From: a virus
Lineage: Duplodnaviria > Heunggongvirae > Uroviricota > Caudoviricetes
Direction: 5' to 3' (one strand)
Virus record (IMG/VR): IMGVR_UViG_3300033463_000001
Coordinates: 1 to 64,000 of that record
DNA: 64,000 nt
In this document: one piece after another, positions 10,273-22,718 of the stretch
How positions within the stretch are numbered: the first letter of the stretch is position 1
Layout of the letters: each line of letters opens with the position of its first letter
Notes under the pieces: generated by a model
What the model saw: only the letters and a program-made list of their open reading frames with translations
What the model was told of the DNA's origin: nothing
The model's database searches: none
Position numbers and translations under genes: made by a program

Positions 10273-11876
10273 AAATAGGGGCTATCTTAGTCCCTATTTT
10301 CTTTTTTCTTTATTGGAGTCATTGACCCATACTGGTCGCATTTTGGTAGTCCAACTAGTTCTCGAATCCTGTTAGCATCAACCATCGCTTCCTCTTTTGT
10401 TTTATAGAATTTAAAATGGTCGATATGTTTCCAGAAATCGCGTGATAATTTTCCGTTATACATACTACCGGATAGCTGACACGGAAGGAAGTCAAACTCC
10501 CTCAAATACCATAATGTGTAGTCTGGTTTCATACGAATCCTCCAATCATTGAATTTATTCTGAGTATTTTACTCGCCTCAGCATCATTCTGTATAGCACT
10601 AGCCAATCCTCTCAACACTGGATTGTGTGTGTCGGCATAAACCAGGCCGGCGGCATATGAATGCGAGCACAACTCTACAATCTCCTTCGTGGTATACTGC
10701 TTAGTTTCGTCGATGCGCTCGGCTATAGATTTCGAATGCTCAACAATCAGCTTAGCATACTCATCCTCGTCGCGTACGTAATTAAATGCCATTACTTCGT
10801 TTCCTCATTTCTTTTTCATATAGTCCCTTGATTTCCGTACCTGGTAGGTACTCAAGGTGGTCTCTAGCGTAGCCCATATCCATAAGGCGTAGCTCCATTT
10901 GGTGTTGTGTTAGTTCTCCTGATGCCATATTATGCGTTGTTAATCTCCCAGAAATTAATGAGTGTTATAGCCTCCGGCCAATACGCTTCGCCTCCGTATG
11001 TTTCGTACACCGATAGGCGTTCTTGCAGTTTAACCGGTATCTCTTTGTCTGTGATTAGTTCATCTAAAACAACCACATGGTTTTCGGGTTGCTGTCTTCC
11101 GGTAACCCAATACGATACTAGAAAGCTCCTGGACATATTATATAGGTAGTTAAAATATAATCAACAACAATATATGTAATAATGAATCCTATTGAATCAA
11201 TGATGGCGTCACGCAACGACTGATTAAACAGTCGCATCTTAGCCCAAACCCATGCAGATAACATTAACGCACACATCAGTGCGCCTAATACGTAGTGCAC
11301 CATATTACTCTCTGTCTTTGAATCGTTCTTTCAGACGAATGTATTGCTGATACTCGCGCTCTTCCTCTTCTTTCTCGTGGATATCTTTCCAAGCCTGCAA
11401 TTCTTCAGCTGTAACATTCCAAATACCTAAATCTGTTAAAACTTTTACAAAGCTTCCTTGACGAATTACGGGTTTACCATCATTATCAAAATAAACATAC
11501 TTATCTAAACTATGGTATTGGTTAGGATTGATAGTATAAAAATTTTCTAATGCTGGTTCATCTTTATAGAATTCTTCCCATTCACTTACACCGGCACCGA
11601 TAGCGATAAATGTTTTGTCAGTAAAGGTTATAACAAAAATATTTTCATCTGCATAACCTCTATTAACAAATCCTATTTTATCAACTACTTTACCTTTTAG
11701 TGCATCACGGTTGTCTTTAAAATCTACCGGATGAATTTGTTTATATTCTTTGTTGAGATGCATATCACTCGTATTTTTCAAATGTCATGTAATATCGCCA
11801 ATCCGGGTACACCCAATAATTGACTTTCATCTTAGTCTTCGAACATGTGTCTGTCCGGAATAATCTTGCTTCCATA

Positions 11877-12521
11877 TTATACTGGTTTTGGACAAAGTTG
11901 AACAAATTCACTCCTAAGAGCATTCATTTGTGGTTGATACATGGCCTTGTAGTCTTCCCACTTATGCGACGGTACAATGTCTTTCTCCCATAGGTCTTCC
12001 CAGTAGTGGTTGGCCTCTGAGTAATCAACTATCTTACCATACTTTGCAATCTGAATACCAAATTTCAACAGTCGCATGCAATGGAACAAAGACTTGATGG
12101 CACGGTAGTAATCATAGTCAGCCTCGACTGTTAGCTTCTTGTGACACTTAGCCCATGCATTACTTACGATACTCGATATGGTCTGGCGAAGCTTCCACTT
12201 ATCCAGGACGAAATACTTGGCGTAGTCATAGTTTCCTGTGTAGTATTCCTCCGGTAGCCACAGGCTCTCAAGCGCAATGATATGATGATTCTTCACCATC
12301 TCGATGAAATCGCTTTCTCGGATATACTGTACATCCTTCTCAACGGTTCCGATATTCGTCTTGGTTTCGTAGATGTTGTTTACGTATGCGGAGAAATCCA
12401 GCATATCGTCAACAATAGTTATGATGTCGATATCCGAATATGCAGTTGGTTTCGTACCATACACACGCGAACCGTGTGGAAAACTACAAATCGTATGTTC
12501 GTTTAAATCGTTTAGATTCAT
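11877..12521 (-). CDS. Pol-beta superfamily nucleotidyltransferase
   Basis: HGSRVYG...SDID; helical C-terminus KSLFHCMR; ATGA overlap with the upstream gene. Confidence 0.8.
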   Translation of the reverse strand: MNLNDLNEHTICSFPHGSRVYGTKPTAYSDIDIITIVDDMLDFSAYVNNIYETKTNIGTVEKDVQYIRESDFIEMVKNHHIIALESLWLPEEYYTGNYDYAKYFVLDKWKLRQTISSIVSNAWAKCHKKLTVEADYDYYRAIKSLFHCMRLLKFGIQIAKYGKIVDYSEANHYWEDLWEKDIVPSHKWEDYKAMYQPQMNALRSEFVQLCPKPV

Positions 12522-12808
12522 TGGTTTATTGTTTTTTTCCAAATCATTTCATAATAACCGCCATATTCGCCATGCAATACTTCAAAACCAAGATGTTTAT
12601 ACATTGGTATAAGCGTCGGCCAGCATTCCAGTAGTATTACAGCATATTCTTGTTTCAACTCGTTGATGAACTTATGAAACAAGCCTTTTCCCCTGTCAGC
12701 ATGTCGTACTGATATGGTATTAATGAAAAGTGTTTTACCATCAAATGCCGTTTTATCTTCTTCGTCAAAAGTGAAGTCGTCAATATAATCAGGTATTCTT
12801 GTTTCCAT
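12518..12808 (-). CDS. GNAT family acetyltransferase
   Basis: ISV...DRGKGLF (motif A) and MYKHLGF. Confidence 0.7.
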   Translation of the reverse strand: METRIPDYIDDFTFDEEDKTAFDGKTLFINTISVRHADRGKGLFHKFINELKQEYAVILLECWPTLIPMYKHLGFEVLHGEYGGYYEMIWKKTINQ

Positions 12809-12814
12809 AATTCG

Positions 12815-13144
12815 TTATGCCGCTAATTGATTATTTCGTTCTAACGCCCTGTAGTACATATCTAGCCTAAGACCGTCCACAATACTATCTAGTGGTTTGA
12901 ACTGTGATATGATTTCAGTGTTCACGTCAGCCGTCCAATCGTGTTTGTATAGTACCTTCCTTACGACGCCTTTCAAATCGGACAAACGTTTAGCGTTATA
13001 AACAGAAATCGTCTCGACTCGTTCAGTTATAAAATTGAAGACAATGTCAACACGGATAGACTCTCGATGTCCTTCGTTGTGCATGACAATAATTCTGATA
13101 CTGTGGCAGTCTTCGCCAATATACTCTCCAGATTTGATTATCAT
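12815..13144 (-). CDS. Hypothetical protein
   Basis: ATG 13144 downstream of a host-type promoter at 13174-13206. Confidence 0.6.
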   Translation of the reverse strand: MIIKSGEYIGEDCHSIRIIVMHNEGHRESIRVDIVFNFITERVETISVYNAKRLSDLKGVVRKVLYKHDWTADVNTEIISQFKPLDSIVDGLRLDMYYRALERNNQLAA

Positions 13145-13854
13145 AATATCACCAATCAATGTTAATTTCAGTCGCAAAGATAAGTAAAATATTTGATATA
13201 TACAAATCCGTTAGCGTTTTATGTAGGAAGCTTGATAATATTCCTCGTGTCGTAGTAGTCGAAATCCTGGCTATGGCCAGTGTCGCTTAACACAACGAGG
13301 CAGTTCCCATATAGTTTAGAAACAACACCGGTAGTCAACATGTTATTTGACACAAAGATGACTTTATCACCTTTGTGTAATTCGTTGTGGTGAAAATCGT
13401 AATACGTTTGCATAGTGTTAATAATCACCTGATTTTTCTCGCTCATACCAGGATAGTTCTTTATCCTTCTCTTCGTCGTACCCGAACGTCTCGTTTAGGC
13501 CTTCCATTCTATAGGTCTTCCGTTGATTCATGAAGTACAATGCCCGGTGAATGTGCTTGTTAACGAACTCTTTATGCGACTTGGTTTGACGATGTCCTTC
13601 TCTGTCTAGCAAATCTTCACAAATAATGGTGTCTGCCTCGGAGAGAAGCATATCCCTATCGTGTTTTTGTGTCTGCAGTGCATGGACATACATCTTTGAT
13701 GCATTTACGTAGTCTACTGTACCATCAACGAAAAGCCAGTACAATAGTATATCTCGCATGTCCTTTGGGAGATTCTTGATGTCGTCTTTTATTTTTGTTG
13801 CGGCATCAATTACATGAATGCTTTGTTGTATTGCTTCGTTATCCATAGTCAATT

Positions 13855-14994
13855 CTATTTGCGATAGGCAGCATCACCAGAGCCACCCAATATGATTACT
13901 TGTGCATTTTCCCTTAACTCTTTAATGGTATTAGAGTTGGTGTACGTCATGCAGCTCCGTAAATAGGACTGCATGTTGTCAATCCACTTCGCTACCGGGT
14001 ATTTGACCTCAACAGGTTTATCAATTCCTTCTGATGTCGTATTCCCGGAGCCGCCAGTTTGTCTCTGTGCGCGTTTAGTGCTCATCCCATAGTAATCCCT
14101 AAACGGTTTGAATCCTTCTCTTTCGAAACGTTTAGCGTCTCCTTCTTTTTGTGGGTGTAATTGTAATTTTCCACTCAATCCAAGTGTGCGTGAATAGTAA
14201 ATTTCTCCACAAGCCTCTTCACACTCAGCAAAGATTTTACCACACATCACCGCGTCGGCACCAAGGGCAAGCGATTTCTGTATGTCATCGAACCAACCAA
14301 TACCTCCGTCTACGACAATCTTTGTCGGTGCATTACCATTATGGGAGTGGGCGTATGCTTTTCTCTCCTCGTTGATTTGGTCAATAAGAGTTGCTACTGG
14401 GTAGTGAACCGCCACGTTGCAGCTGCTCGTACAGCGCGCCCCAGAACCCACGGAAAGTCGAAGATATGATATACCGGCGTCAGCGTAGAATGAGTAAGCA
14501 CTAGGATTGGCTACGTTGCCGGTCATTATGATAATATGCTGCCCGTATGCGGATTTAAGTTTTTTACAAATATCATATAATTCACTTAATGTTCCATGGG
14601 CAATATCAATACAAATATACCAAGTATATGCAAGTTGTCCATATTCGCTAACATCTAAATAATTATACAATTCAGTTTGTGCCTCCTTCAATGATACAGA
14701 TACAAACGTCTCTTTTGCAATCTCCATGCGTTCCTCGAATGTTAGACCGCTTGGATTGTCCTTGGATTTCTGTACGCTACGTGGTACAACAGGAGTTAGG
14801 CCATTCTCAATCCATACTTTGTAATTGTGTTGGTCTGTCACGGATGCCATAGGTGCAACGAATATTGGATACACCTCTCTACCGCATACGTTAATAAATG
14901 GATTTACATCACCTCTGTGATTACAGAACGATACCGGCGCTTGCATTACAGCAACGTCACGCAGTTCGTACCCTACCGTTTTAAGTTTTCCCAT
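13855..14994 (-). CDS. IMP dehydrogenase/GMP reductase family enzyme (CBS-less; GuaC-like)
   Basis: APM, CIDIAHG, GNVA, catalytic Cys loop GSGARCTS, DGGI...DI.KSLALGADAVM.G, YYGMS, SEG, LRS.MTY. Confidence 0.9.
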   Translation of the reverse strand: MGKLKTVGYELRDVAVMQAPVSFCNHRGDVNPFINVCGREVYPIFVAPMASVTDQHNYKVWIENGLTPVVPRSVQKSKDNPSGLTFEERMEIAKETFVSVSLKEAQTELYNYLDVSEYGQLAYTWYICIDIAHGTLSELYDICKKLKSAYGQHIIIMTGNVANPSAYSFYADAGISYLRLSVGSGARCTSSCNVAVHYPVATLIDQINEERKAYAHSHNGNAPTKIVVDGGIGWFDDIQKSLALGADAVMCGKIFAECEEACGEIYYSRTLGLSGKLQLHPQKEGDAKRFEREGFKPFRDYYGMSTKRAQRQTGGSGNTTSEGIDKPVEVKYPVAKWIDNMQSYLRSCMTYTNSNTIKELRENAQVIILGGSGDAAYRK

Positions 14995-15009
14995 TTTTTT
15001 TTTCTAATT

Positions 15010-15258
15010 TTATCGTTTGTTTTCGTTCTGTAGTTGATTTAACATCTCTTTTCTCACTTCCTCCTCAAATTTGCCATTCCATGAAATATCGAAAGATACA
15101 GTGTCTGGATGGTCAATACTCACATTGGAATCTTTGTGATTCTCAAGGAAGTCCTTGATTGCTTTCTCCATTGCCTCCTTGCTGTAGATACGTCCATTAC
15201 TATCAGGAGTATCCGCTTTCATGAATGTACTCTTGAGGAGTAGTTGCCTTTCACTCAT
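15010..15258 (-). CDS. Small protein resembling the N-terminal part of a T4 gp21-type prohead protease
   Basis: ADTPDSNGRIYSKE...IDHPD; only 82 aa. Confidence 0.55.
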   Translation of the reverse strand: MSERQLLLKSTFMKADTPDSNGRIYSKEAMEKAIKDFLENHKDSNVSIDHPDTVSFDISWNGKFEEEVRKEMLNQLQNENKR

Positions 15259-16847
15259 AACTCAACTATTTTTTGAATCCAATCTTTGTTATTCCTTAAT
15301 TCTTTCACAAGACTATCCGCATACGCAACAGCAACTCTTGCGTAGATATCTTTAACAGCCACTTCCTCTATAACCGAATGTTGTGTGGTCTCTAGGAGAG
15401 AGTTTAAGACACTAATAGATGCGTTGATGCGCACTTGCTCCCATTTCTCTTGTTCTTCTACCGGTAGTTTCTCTATGTATGGCTCAATATATTCTATAAC
15501 CGCTTCACCCATCACATCATTGTGCCGAGCATATACATGATACTTCTTTTCTTCCTCTATCTTATCCAATGGTACAAGTTTGGAGAAATACGTTTTAGTC
15601 TCAATCGGATGTTTTGACCGATAGATAATATCAGCACCGCTTGACAACACACGTATAGTGCATTTTGATAACACCTCCCCTGACGGTTCTCTCATTATTT
15701 TCTCTTCCATAGCACTAATCTCCTACCATATCTAAGAACCTACATGCCATGCCTTCCCCAAGAACATCTTCTGTATCACCTATTTTCCCTTTATTACGCA
15801 ATGCGCTTGCGCCTTCCAGAAATGTGTGTGCCATCTCAATGGCCAGGTCTAGTACCTCGTCGAGCGTGTGGCCATTAACATTAACTGACGTTATCGTTTT
15901 AACATCAGTCTCTATACTGATGCGTGCGTGTCCGTTTATATATATTTTTACTTTAAATCAATCTTCTAACATCTCATCATGCTCGCGGCATATGCGATTT
16001 AGTTCTGAGTTTGGGTTCCAGCAATCTTTCACATATTGTTCCGCTGCTTGCCGCAAATGTTCATTGTAATTCGGGTCACTATATGGAATGCAGTCCGCAA
16101 GTATATCCATAGCGTGTTCAACCTCCATATTGAAAGTAGCCTCAGCTTCTTCTATTGCGTTGGCTCGTTCTTTAGGACCGTTTTCAATCCATTTTTTGAA
16201 TTCTTCATGATTCATGCTTTTTTGCAATTCATTGATTTGTATTTTGAATCAACAAGTATCTCCCACTCGTTACGCATCTCGTTGATTACAGAGCTTCTTT
16301 CGTATGAGAGTGTTATTTCCTCCCAGAAGCTATAGTCCTGTTCTTGAAGAAAACTATCGAACTTCTTTTTCCACCTGATGAGTACACCACGGAACCACTT
16401 ATTAGTAACGTTTACCTGTACCTTAGTGTCGCAACTGTTTAATATTCTTTTACAGAATAGAAACTCATCGCGATACTTAGTATACAGGCCGAACCGCTTG
16501 GCTTTTTCTTTTGGTTTATCAATTCGTTGTGTCATATCACTTCTTTTTCTCGTCTTTGAGTGAATCGTAGACAATCTTTCCAACCTTATGTTTGAACTCC
16601 GGTATAACCTGGATGTGTAGTTTCCATAGTCTTAGGCAGTGCGCATATTTGTCATAACTAAGTCCAGCGTTCCAGTCTGAGTAGCGAACGATGAGACTGA
16701 ATCCACATTTAACCGGGTTCAGTTCAACAATTACATCACCGTTGTGACAGAAACGATAGCAATCGCCGAGTGATTCACTTTCGAATGAAATTCCATTAAG
16801 GTCTCTGCTTCGTACAGAGTAGCCATGTTGATGTCCTAATAGCATAG

Positions 16848-18569
16848 TTAATCCATTGAATGCTGTTTAATATCGTTAATTAATTGTTCAATATCTTCAT
16901 ATACATGATATGGGTAATCAATACCAAGGTTTGAATAGTAGAATACTTTGATACCATGCTCTTCTGATAATTTCTTTTTTAGTTTATCTTTTTCAATATT
17001 ATACACCAAAGCTTTTTCTCCACCAAAATATCCAACTTCTTTAAAATGCTGTATACCTTGACATTCAATTGCAACATTATATTCTGGTATGTAAAAATCA
17101 TAAAATAATGAACCAATGTTTTTTAACCAATCAAATGTGTGTTGGTAAGTATAACGAATCTTGTTTTCATCAAGATATTTCATTACATCTAATTCGGTTC
17201 TGGTTATCTTACATTTTTGACATCCTTTCCCTTTTAAATGATTCGCAGGAGTCTGCCAAAATTCACCATGCTTGCGGCAAATTATACATACTTTAGTTGA
17301 ATTAGTTTCATATTCAGTTTTCGAATAATCATATCTATCACCATGTACTTCACGTGCTTTTTTAATGAACTCTTCTATATTGCTTTTATATGAGCCAGAA
17401 CAAATCGGGCACCCAGCACCATGTAGATGCCCGTCTGGCGTTTGCCAAAATTCACCATGTTCTGGGCAAATTATACACACTTTAGTTGAGGTATTTATAT
17501 AGTTAACCTTACTGTATTCATATTTGTCACCATGTATCTTTTGTGAACGTTTAATAAACTCTTCGGTATTACATGGATATCTTCCGCCACATTTTGGACA
17601 TCCTTGACCACTCAGATGTTTACTAGGTGTTTGTAAAAAAACACCGTGTATTGGGCACACTATACGGACTTTCGTACAAGTGTCTTTATAATCTACTTTC
17701 GAATAATCATATTTATTCTTATGTACTTCATTACTTTTGGCTATAAATTCACTAAGAGTCAGATTGGAATTTGGCCTTGCGCATCTTGGGCAGCCTTTGC
17801 CTCGTAAGTGGCCAATTGGAAGTTGCCAAAATTCTCCATGTTCTGGGCAAATTATACACACTTTTGACTTGCCACTCTTATACTCTACCTTTGAATAATC
17901 GTATTTATTTCCATGCACTTTTCGTGCTTCTTCTATGAATTGTTCAGTGGTTTTACGCTGTTGTGTGTGTGTTTTCTCTACGCCACATTTTTTACACCCG
18001 TTTCCGCGCAAATGGACAGTTGGTCGTTGCCAAAATTCTCCATGTTCTGGGCAAATTATACAAACATCTGTACGGTTATTTACATACTCAACTTTTGAAT
18101 AATCATATCTGTTACCATGTATTTTGATTGCTTGTTTTATGAATTCTTCTTTTGTGCATGTGTGCTCACGTGTTCGTTTTTTTATGCCACATATGGGACA
18201 TCCTCCGCCACGTAAATGCGCATTCGGTGTTTTCCAAAATTCACCATGTTCTGGGCAAATTATACAAACCTTCGTCTTGGCATCAATATAATTGACTTTA
18301 GAGTAGTTATATCTGTTGTTATATATTTTATTGGCTTTAACAACAAACTCATTAGTATTACTTCTATGTTCTTCAGAACGTTTTTTAGTCCCACATTTTG
18401 GACAGCCTTGTCCAATTAAATGTGCATTTGGTGTTTGCCAAAATTCTCCATGTACTGGACATATAATACAAACTTTTGTGCTGGCATTTACATACACAAC
18501 TTTTGAATAGTCGTATTTACCACCATGTTTTTTACTGGCTTTTGCTATAAAAAGTTCCTCTTTCGTCAT
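16848..18569 (-). mobile_element. Free-standing homing endonuclease: 7 zinc-ribbon repeats plus a C-terminal PD-(D/E)xK (Vsr/DUF559-like) nuclease
   Basis: Seven repeats of YDYSKV.Y...KVCIICP.HGEFWQ.P..HL.G.GC..C; YDFYIP..NVAIECQG.QH; AT-richer than its neighbours. Confidence 0.85.
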
Positions 18570-18636
18570 AATAGTTTTTATTTATATTAATAAATATCTT
18601 TTAAACGCCAAAAAAGAGGTTCCTCTTAAACTTTTA

Positions 18637-19761
18637 TTAAAGATTTCTGTCAAAATACCCATGTAAATATACGATTGGTGTACAACGACTCCCGCTTCCT
18701 GAAATTAAATCGCAAAGTGAAGCTAGTAAATCAGTGTATCTACGAGGAGTTGTTCCTTGACTCACCATATTACCTTTTAAATCATTTTGGTTAGTTCTAA
18801 TTTCTTCGGCTATTGCATCTTCTAGTTCTTTGCCATTCAAATGTTTAAACTTTCCGTCAGCCAATGCTTTTACCTTAACTTCATTTGGTGTACCTTCGAG
18901 ACCATTTGTGTAGGCCGGGGTCGTGACAGGGTCCGCGAATTCCCATATGTGGCTACCGAGCACACCGGGAATATGCGGCGATGCGAAACATCCATCGCCA
19001 TAGATTAGGACTTCCACATGTTTGCCGGTCTCGTTGAATATCCTATCTTGGATTTCATCTACCACTTTCTGTGCAAGCTTCTTCTGCGGGAATAATTTAA
19101 GTGTTTCCTCGTCAGCCTTGTTCGAACCAAGCAATCCCCAGTCTTCGTTGTAACCAGACCACGAACCGTCAGCGTGCTTAACAGGGCGATTCATGATATG
19201 CTGTAACGTCATTACGTTCGCATTGAAATCAATGTTCTCCGGGTGGCACATACAGTTTATACCAGTCCACAGACTATCATCAAACGATGGGTAGTTACTT
19301 AGCAGGTCGAAACACGTAAACGTCAATTCACAACCTTCGCTTTGTGCAAGCTCTTTGTAGTAGTCTTGAATATTCACGCCAGTATATGGGTTTTCTCCGT
19401 ACACCGGATTGCCAACCTCATCGGTATCAATGTGGACATATATGTTGATATTCTCAGCGTACCGTGCAAATGCTTTCAATATCATCGAGAAACGGTTCCT
19501 AGACATAATCGGGAAATACAAGATAAGTTTCTTTTTGAAATTCCTTTCAGTCATGAACTGAACGATGTCATCAACCGTCACATAGTTTCCTTGAGAGCGA
19601 GCAACAACAGACTCGGTGATTCCAATCACATCGCAGTTGTCGAACGACATGTTATTCTCAGCTAGCGTTTTTTTGACGTTGTCGATAACAATATCCTCAA
19701 TGAAGTCTCCTTCTCGAATGATAGGGCAGCGTACGCCCATTGCTATTACTCCTGTATTCAT
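18637..19761 (-). CDS. CofE/F420-0:gamma-glutamyl ligase family protein
   Basis: G.R.PII..GD, ITESVVARSQG, D.VGN, YGDG, DLISGSG...TPIV...GYF. Confidence 0.8.
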   Translation of the reverse strand: MNTGVIAMGVRCPIIREGDFIEDIVIDNVKKTLAENNMSFDNCDVIGITESVVARSQGNYVTVDDIVQFMTERNFKKKLILYFPIMSRNRFSMILKAFARYAENINIYVHIDTDEVGNPVYGENPYTGVNIQDYYKELAQSEGCELTFTCFDLLSNYPSFDDSLWTGINCMCHPENIDFNANVMTLQHIMNRPVKHADGSWSGYNEDWGLLGSNKADEETLKLFPQKKLAQKVVDEIQDRIFNETGKHVEVLIYGDGCFASPHIPGVLGSHIWEFADPVTTPAYTNGLEGTPNEVKVKALADGKFKHLNGKELEDAIAEEIRTNQNDLKGNMVSQGTTPRRYTDLLASLCDLISGSGSRCTPIVYLHGYFDRNL

Positions 19762-19779
19762 TGTTTGTGTTTAATCTGT

Positions 19780-20124
19780 TTATTCGTAGTCTTCTACATA
19801 GCGATATCCCATAAATCCTTTCATTGGTACTGGATTCTTGAGATAGTGGAACTCTCCTGTTCGAGAAATATAACAGCCATCATCCCAATTCTTACCGGTT
19901 GTTGTGCAGACAAAACCGTTTTTATTACCAACCCTAGATATCTTCATCCAGCCTTTGATGTAACCGTCATGGCATACGTAGCACCTATCGCCTGCCTTGA
20001 CACCTTTTGGTACCGTTGGAAGTCGATAGTTCATTTCGTGTGATTCATCCGCAACTACTTTCAATTCTTTCTCGTAGTCACTCCACTTGGTTGTCTTTGG
20101 TAGTGTGATACAAATACTCGCCAT
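19780..20124 (-). CDS. Hypothetical protein, possibly PUA/ASCH-like
   Basis: GDRCYV..DG.IKG...PVPMKGFMG pattern. Confidence 0.35.
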   Translation of the reverse strand: MASICITLPKTTKWSDYEKELKVVADESHEMNYRLPTVPKGVKAGDRCYVCHDGYIKGWMKISRVGNKNGFVCTTTGKNWDDGCYISRTGEFHYLKNPVPMKGFMGYRYVEDYE

Positions 20125-20514
20125 ATTAGATTTCTTCTAGTTTTTTCTTGAAATCATTGTACGCCTTTCGATATCGGCGCTCATTCACCTTCTTGCGTAG
20201 TTTCTCAGCATGGAACGTTATATACATACGTCTTAACACAGGTATCACTTCTCTAGCCTTTTTCAGAGTGATATACTCGCTACAATATTGTCCACTCAAG
20301 AAGTCCGGGAAGAATACAACATCTTCAATCTTTGCATTCTCATCCGTGTCGTCTTTACAAAACGTTTTTAGTATGTAAATTCCCATGTTGTCAGGAATTA
20401 TATAAACGTCAGTGTCTTCGCTAAATCTCGATGCAAATGACTCCTCGAAGTCAATTGGATGAATTTTAACGTTATCGAATGCTTCTTTGCGAAGCTTTTT
20501 TAATAATCTGTTGT

Positions 20515-20958
20515 TCATAAAAGTCCACTTTTAGCCCATTCTGTACTGAAATAGATGTTATCCGGATACTCACCGTTAGATGCCGCTTTGAAACATGACA
20601 TTAGTTCTGCTCCACTATAGCCACACAACGTTCGCTCGTCCGGTCGATTCCTGTATGCTACTTTAAACTTCTTATCCGGGTTCGCCTTTGCACACTCATA
20701 CATCTTTCTAATGTGCTCGGTTATCTCAGACAGCGGCATCTTGCGCTTAAACGGAACCCATCCGAAACTGTTGTAGTCAAGAATCGTTGTGGGCAACCCG
20801 TATGAGTTGCCTTGCAGTCCTTCTCCCTGGCCGTACTTGGCACCGAAATAAATGCGCGCTACTTTTGCGCTGCCGGCACCATGTACGCCTTCTGGGTTAG
20901 AACCAAATACGAATATAGTCCCTTTTTCGGGAATTATGTTACCACTATATGTTTTCAT
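20515..20958 (-). CDS. Conserved phage protein (IFVFGSN family, macrodomain-like)
   Basis: IFVFGSN.EG.HGAG.A..A...FGA.YG.GEG.QGNSY.LPT. Confidence 0.75.
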   Translation of the reverse strand: MKTYSGNIIPEKGTIFVFGSNPEGVHGAGSAKVARIYFGAKYGQGEGLQGNSYGLPTTILDYNSFGWVPFKRKMPLSEITEHIRKMYECAKANPDKKFKVAYRNRPDERTLCGYSGAELMSCFKAASNGEYPDNIYFSTEWAKSGLL

Positions 20959-22718
20959 TGTTCGTCAAAACGTTTGTGTTGAAGTTTCTCTTTGATGATA
21001 TTGTAGTACATTTCGAAATACTTATCACGTATTCTCTCAAACTCTTCGCCGGCTTCACTGCAATGGTCTGTTGGTTTGATGGAGAACATGTGTTCAATCT
21101 CTTCGTTCGGCTCGATTTTGTAAATAACTTTATCGTCTTCACGAAACTCCATGCATTTCATTTTTTCAAATGGTTTACCATCGCTCAGCTCTATCATCCA
21201 CCCAGTCCAAAAGACAATTTTTTTCTTACCGTCTTTTTGTTCTAATATATTAACAACCTTGACGATACTATAACCATGGAATGTCCACAGGTAATCACCA
21301 ATATGGATTTCCTGCCCGTAATAATTTATTAAACCCGTCATAAAACAACTGTGTTTGGATACGCTTCAAGCCACTTGTCAATTTTATCCTCCTCGATGAC
21401 TCGTGCGTTTAATACACGTTTCTCTTCAATCATGATGTCGTATGCGCCCTCCACACCATATTCAGCCATCAGGTATTTCTTTACCTTATTCTTGGTTTCT
21501 TTACTGTGCAGAGTATGCTTTGTACATACTGACGTCCATATCTTATTTTCAAAACCGTTTACGCGAGTTAGGACAGCAACGGTTGTGATATATCTCCATT
21601 TACTCTTCATAACCAATTGTGTAGAATAGATTTGAGTTTCATTCTGCTGTTCATTACGTACTCCAAACGTTTCTGTAGTTGTGGGGCTGGTTTGGATTTC
21701 TGGTTTAAAACAACTTTGCCAGGTTCAATGTAAAGAATTTGCGGCACCTCAGATTCCCAGTCGTTCATATCAATTGTCTTTTACTAAATTACGAATCGTT
21801 CGTTGTATATCCTGGTCTGATAGTAACAGATATCGCAACATGTCCTTCGTCTTTTCAATTTCTGAGCCGGTAGCCACAGGCATCATACCAAAATTATCAG
21901 CCTCGTTCATGGTTACAACGTGGTTATATGCAAATTGGTCAGTAGGTCTGCGATGGTATGCTTATCCGGGTCAATGAACCAGGTCTTCCAACCGAAGTGT
22001 GGCGTAAACCACTTCAGTTCGACATAGCAACGTTTCTCGTTTGCAAAGTTCCATGCATCCCATATATCTTGTTCATTCGGATGTCTCTCTTCTGTGATAA
22101 CAACAGTTCTTAATTCTCGTATCATACTTATAGATTTTCTTTGAAAATTTGCATGTAGTCAATAGTTGGGTTGAAACTACTCTCGTAGAAAGCATCTATC
22201 ACTTTCTGACAGGCAGCAATGGCAACCTTCTTCTCGTGCTCCACACCTGCGTAATAGCTACCGCCAAGATATTCTTCTTTTCCAATTTCGGCAAGGGTCT
22301 TGACTTCTGTTTCCTCATCCCATGAAGATTGGAAGTCGCAGTCGTCTAGCATCGAGCGCATGATTGTTGGGACATCCATCTCGCTATAGTCAACGAACGC
22401 ATGTGCGACATCTTCGCCGGCCACCTCTATCCAACACCCGTCTTTCGAGTGTAGGTTGAAGCAATCTTTTGTCTTGTTATATGGGCGCTTATCAAAACGC
22501 CACTCCTGCTCCAGCTGTTCCCTGGTCAGTTCATAATGGAAATCATTTAGATATTTCCTAATATATTCTTCTTTCAGTTTCATGGTCTACCTTTATAATG
22601 TAATTGTATGACAGGTTTTTTAGCCTCAAGCAACTTGTTTAAAAATGCAACTTGACAGTCTCTTAATACAAGTGGTTGTTCTTTACCGTCATGTCCAATG
22701 ACTTTCAGTTTTGCTAAA

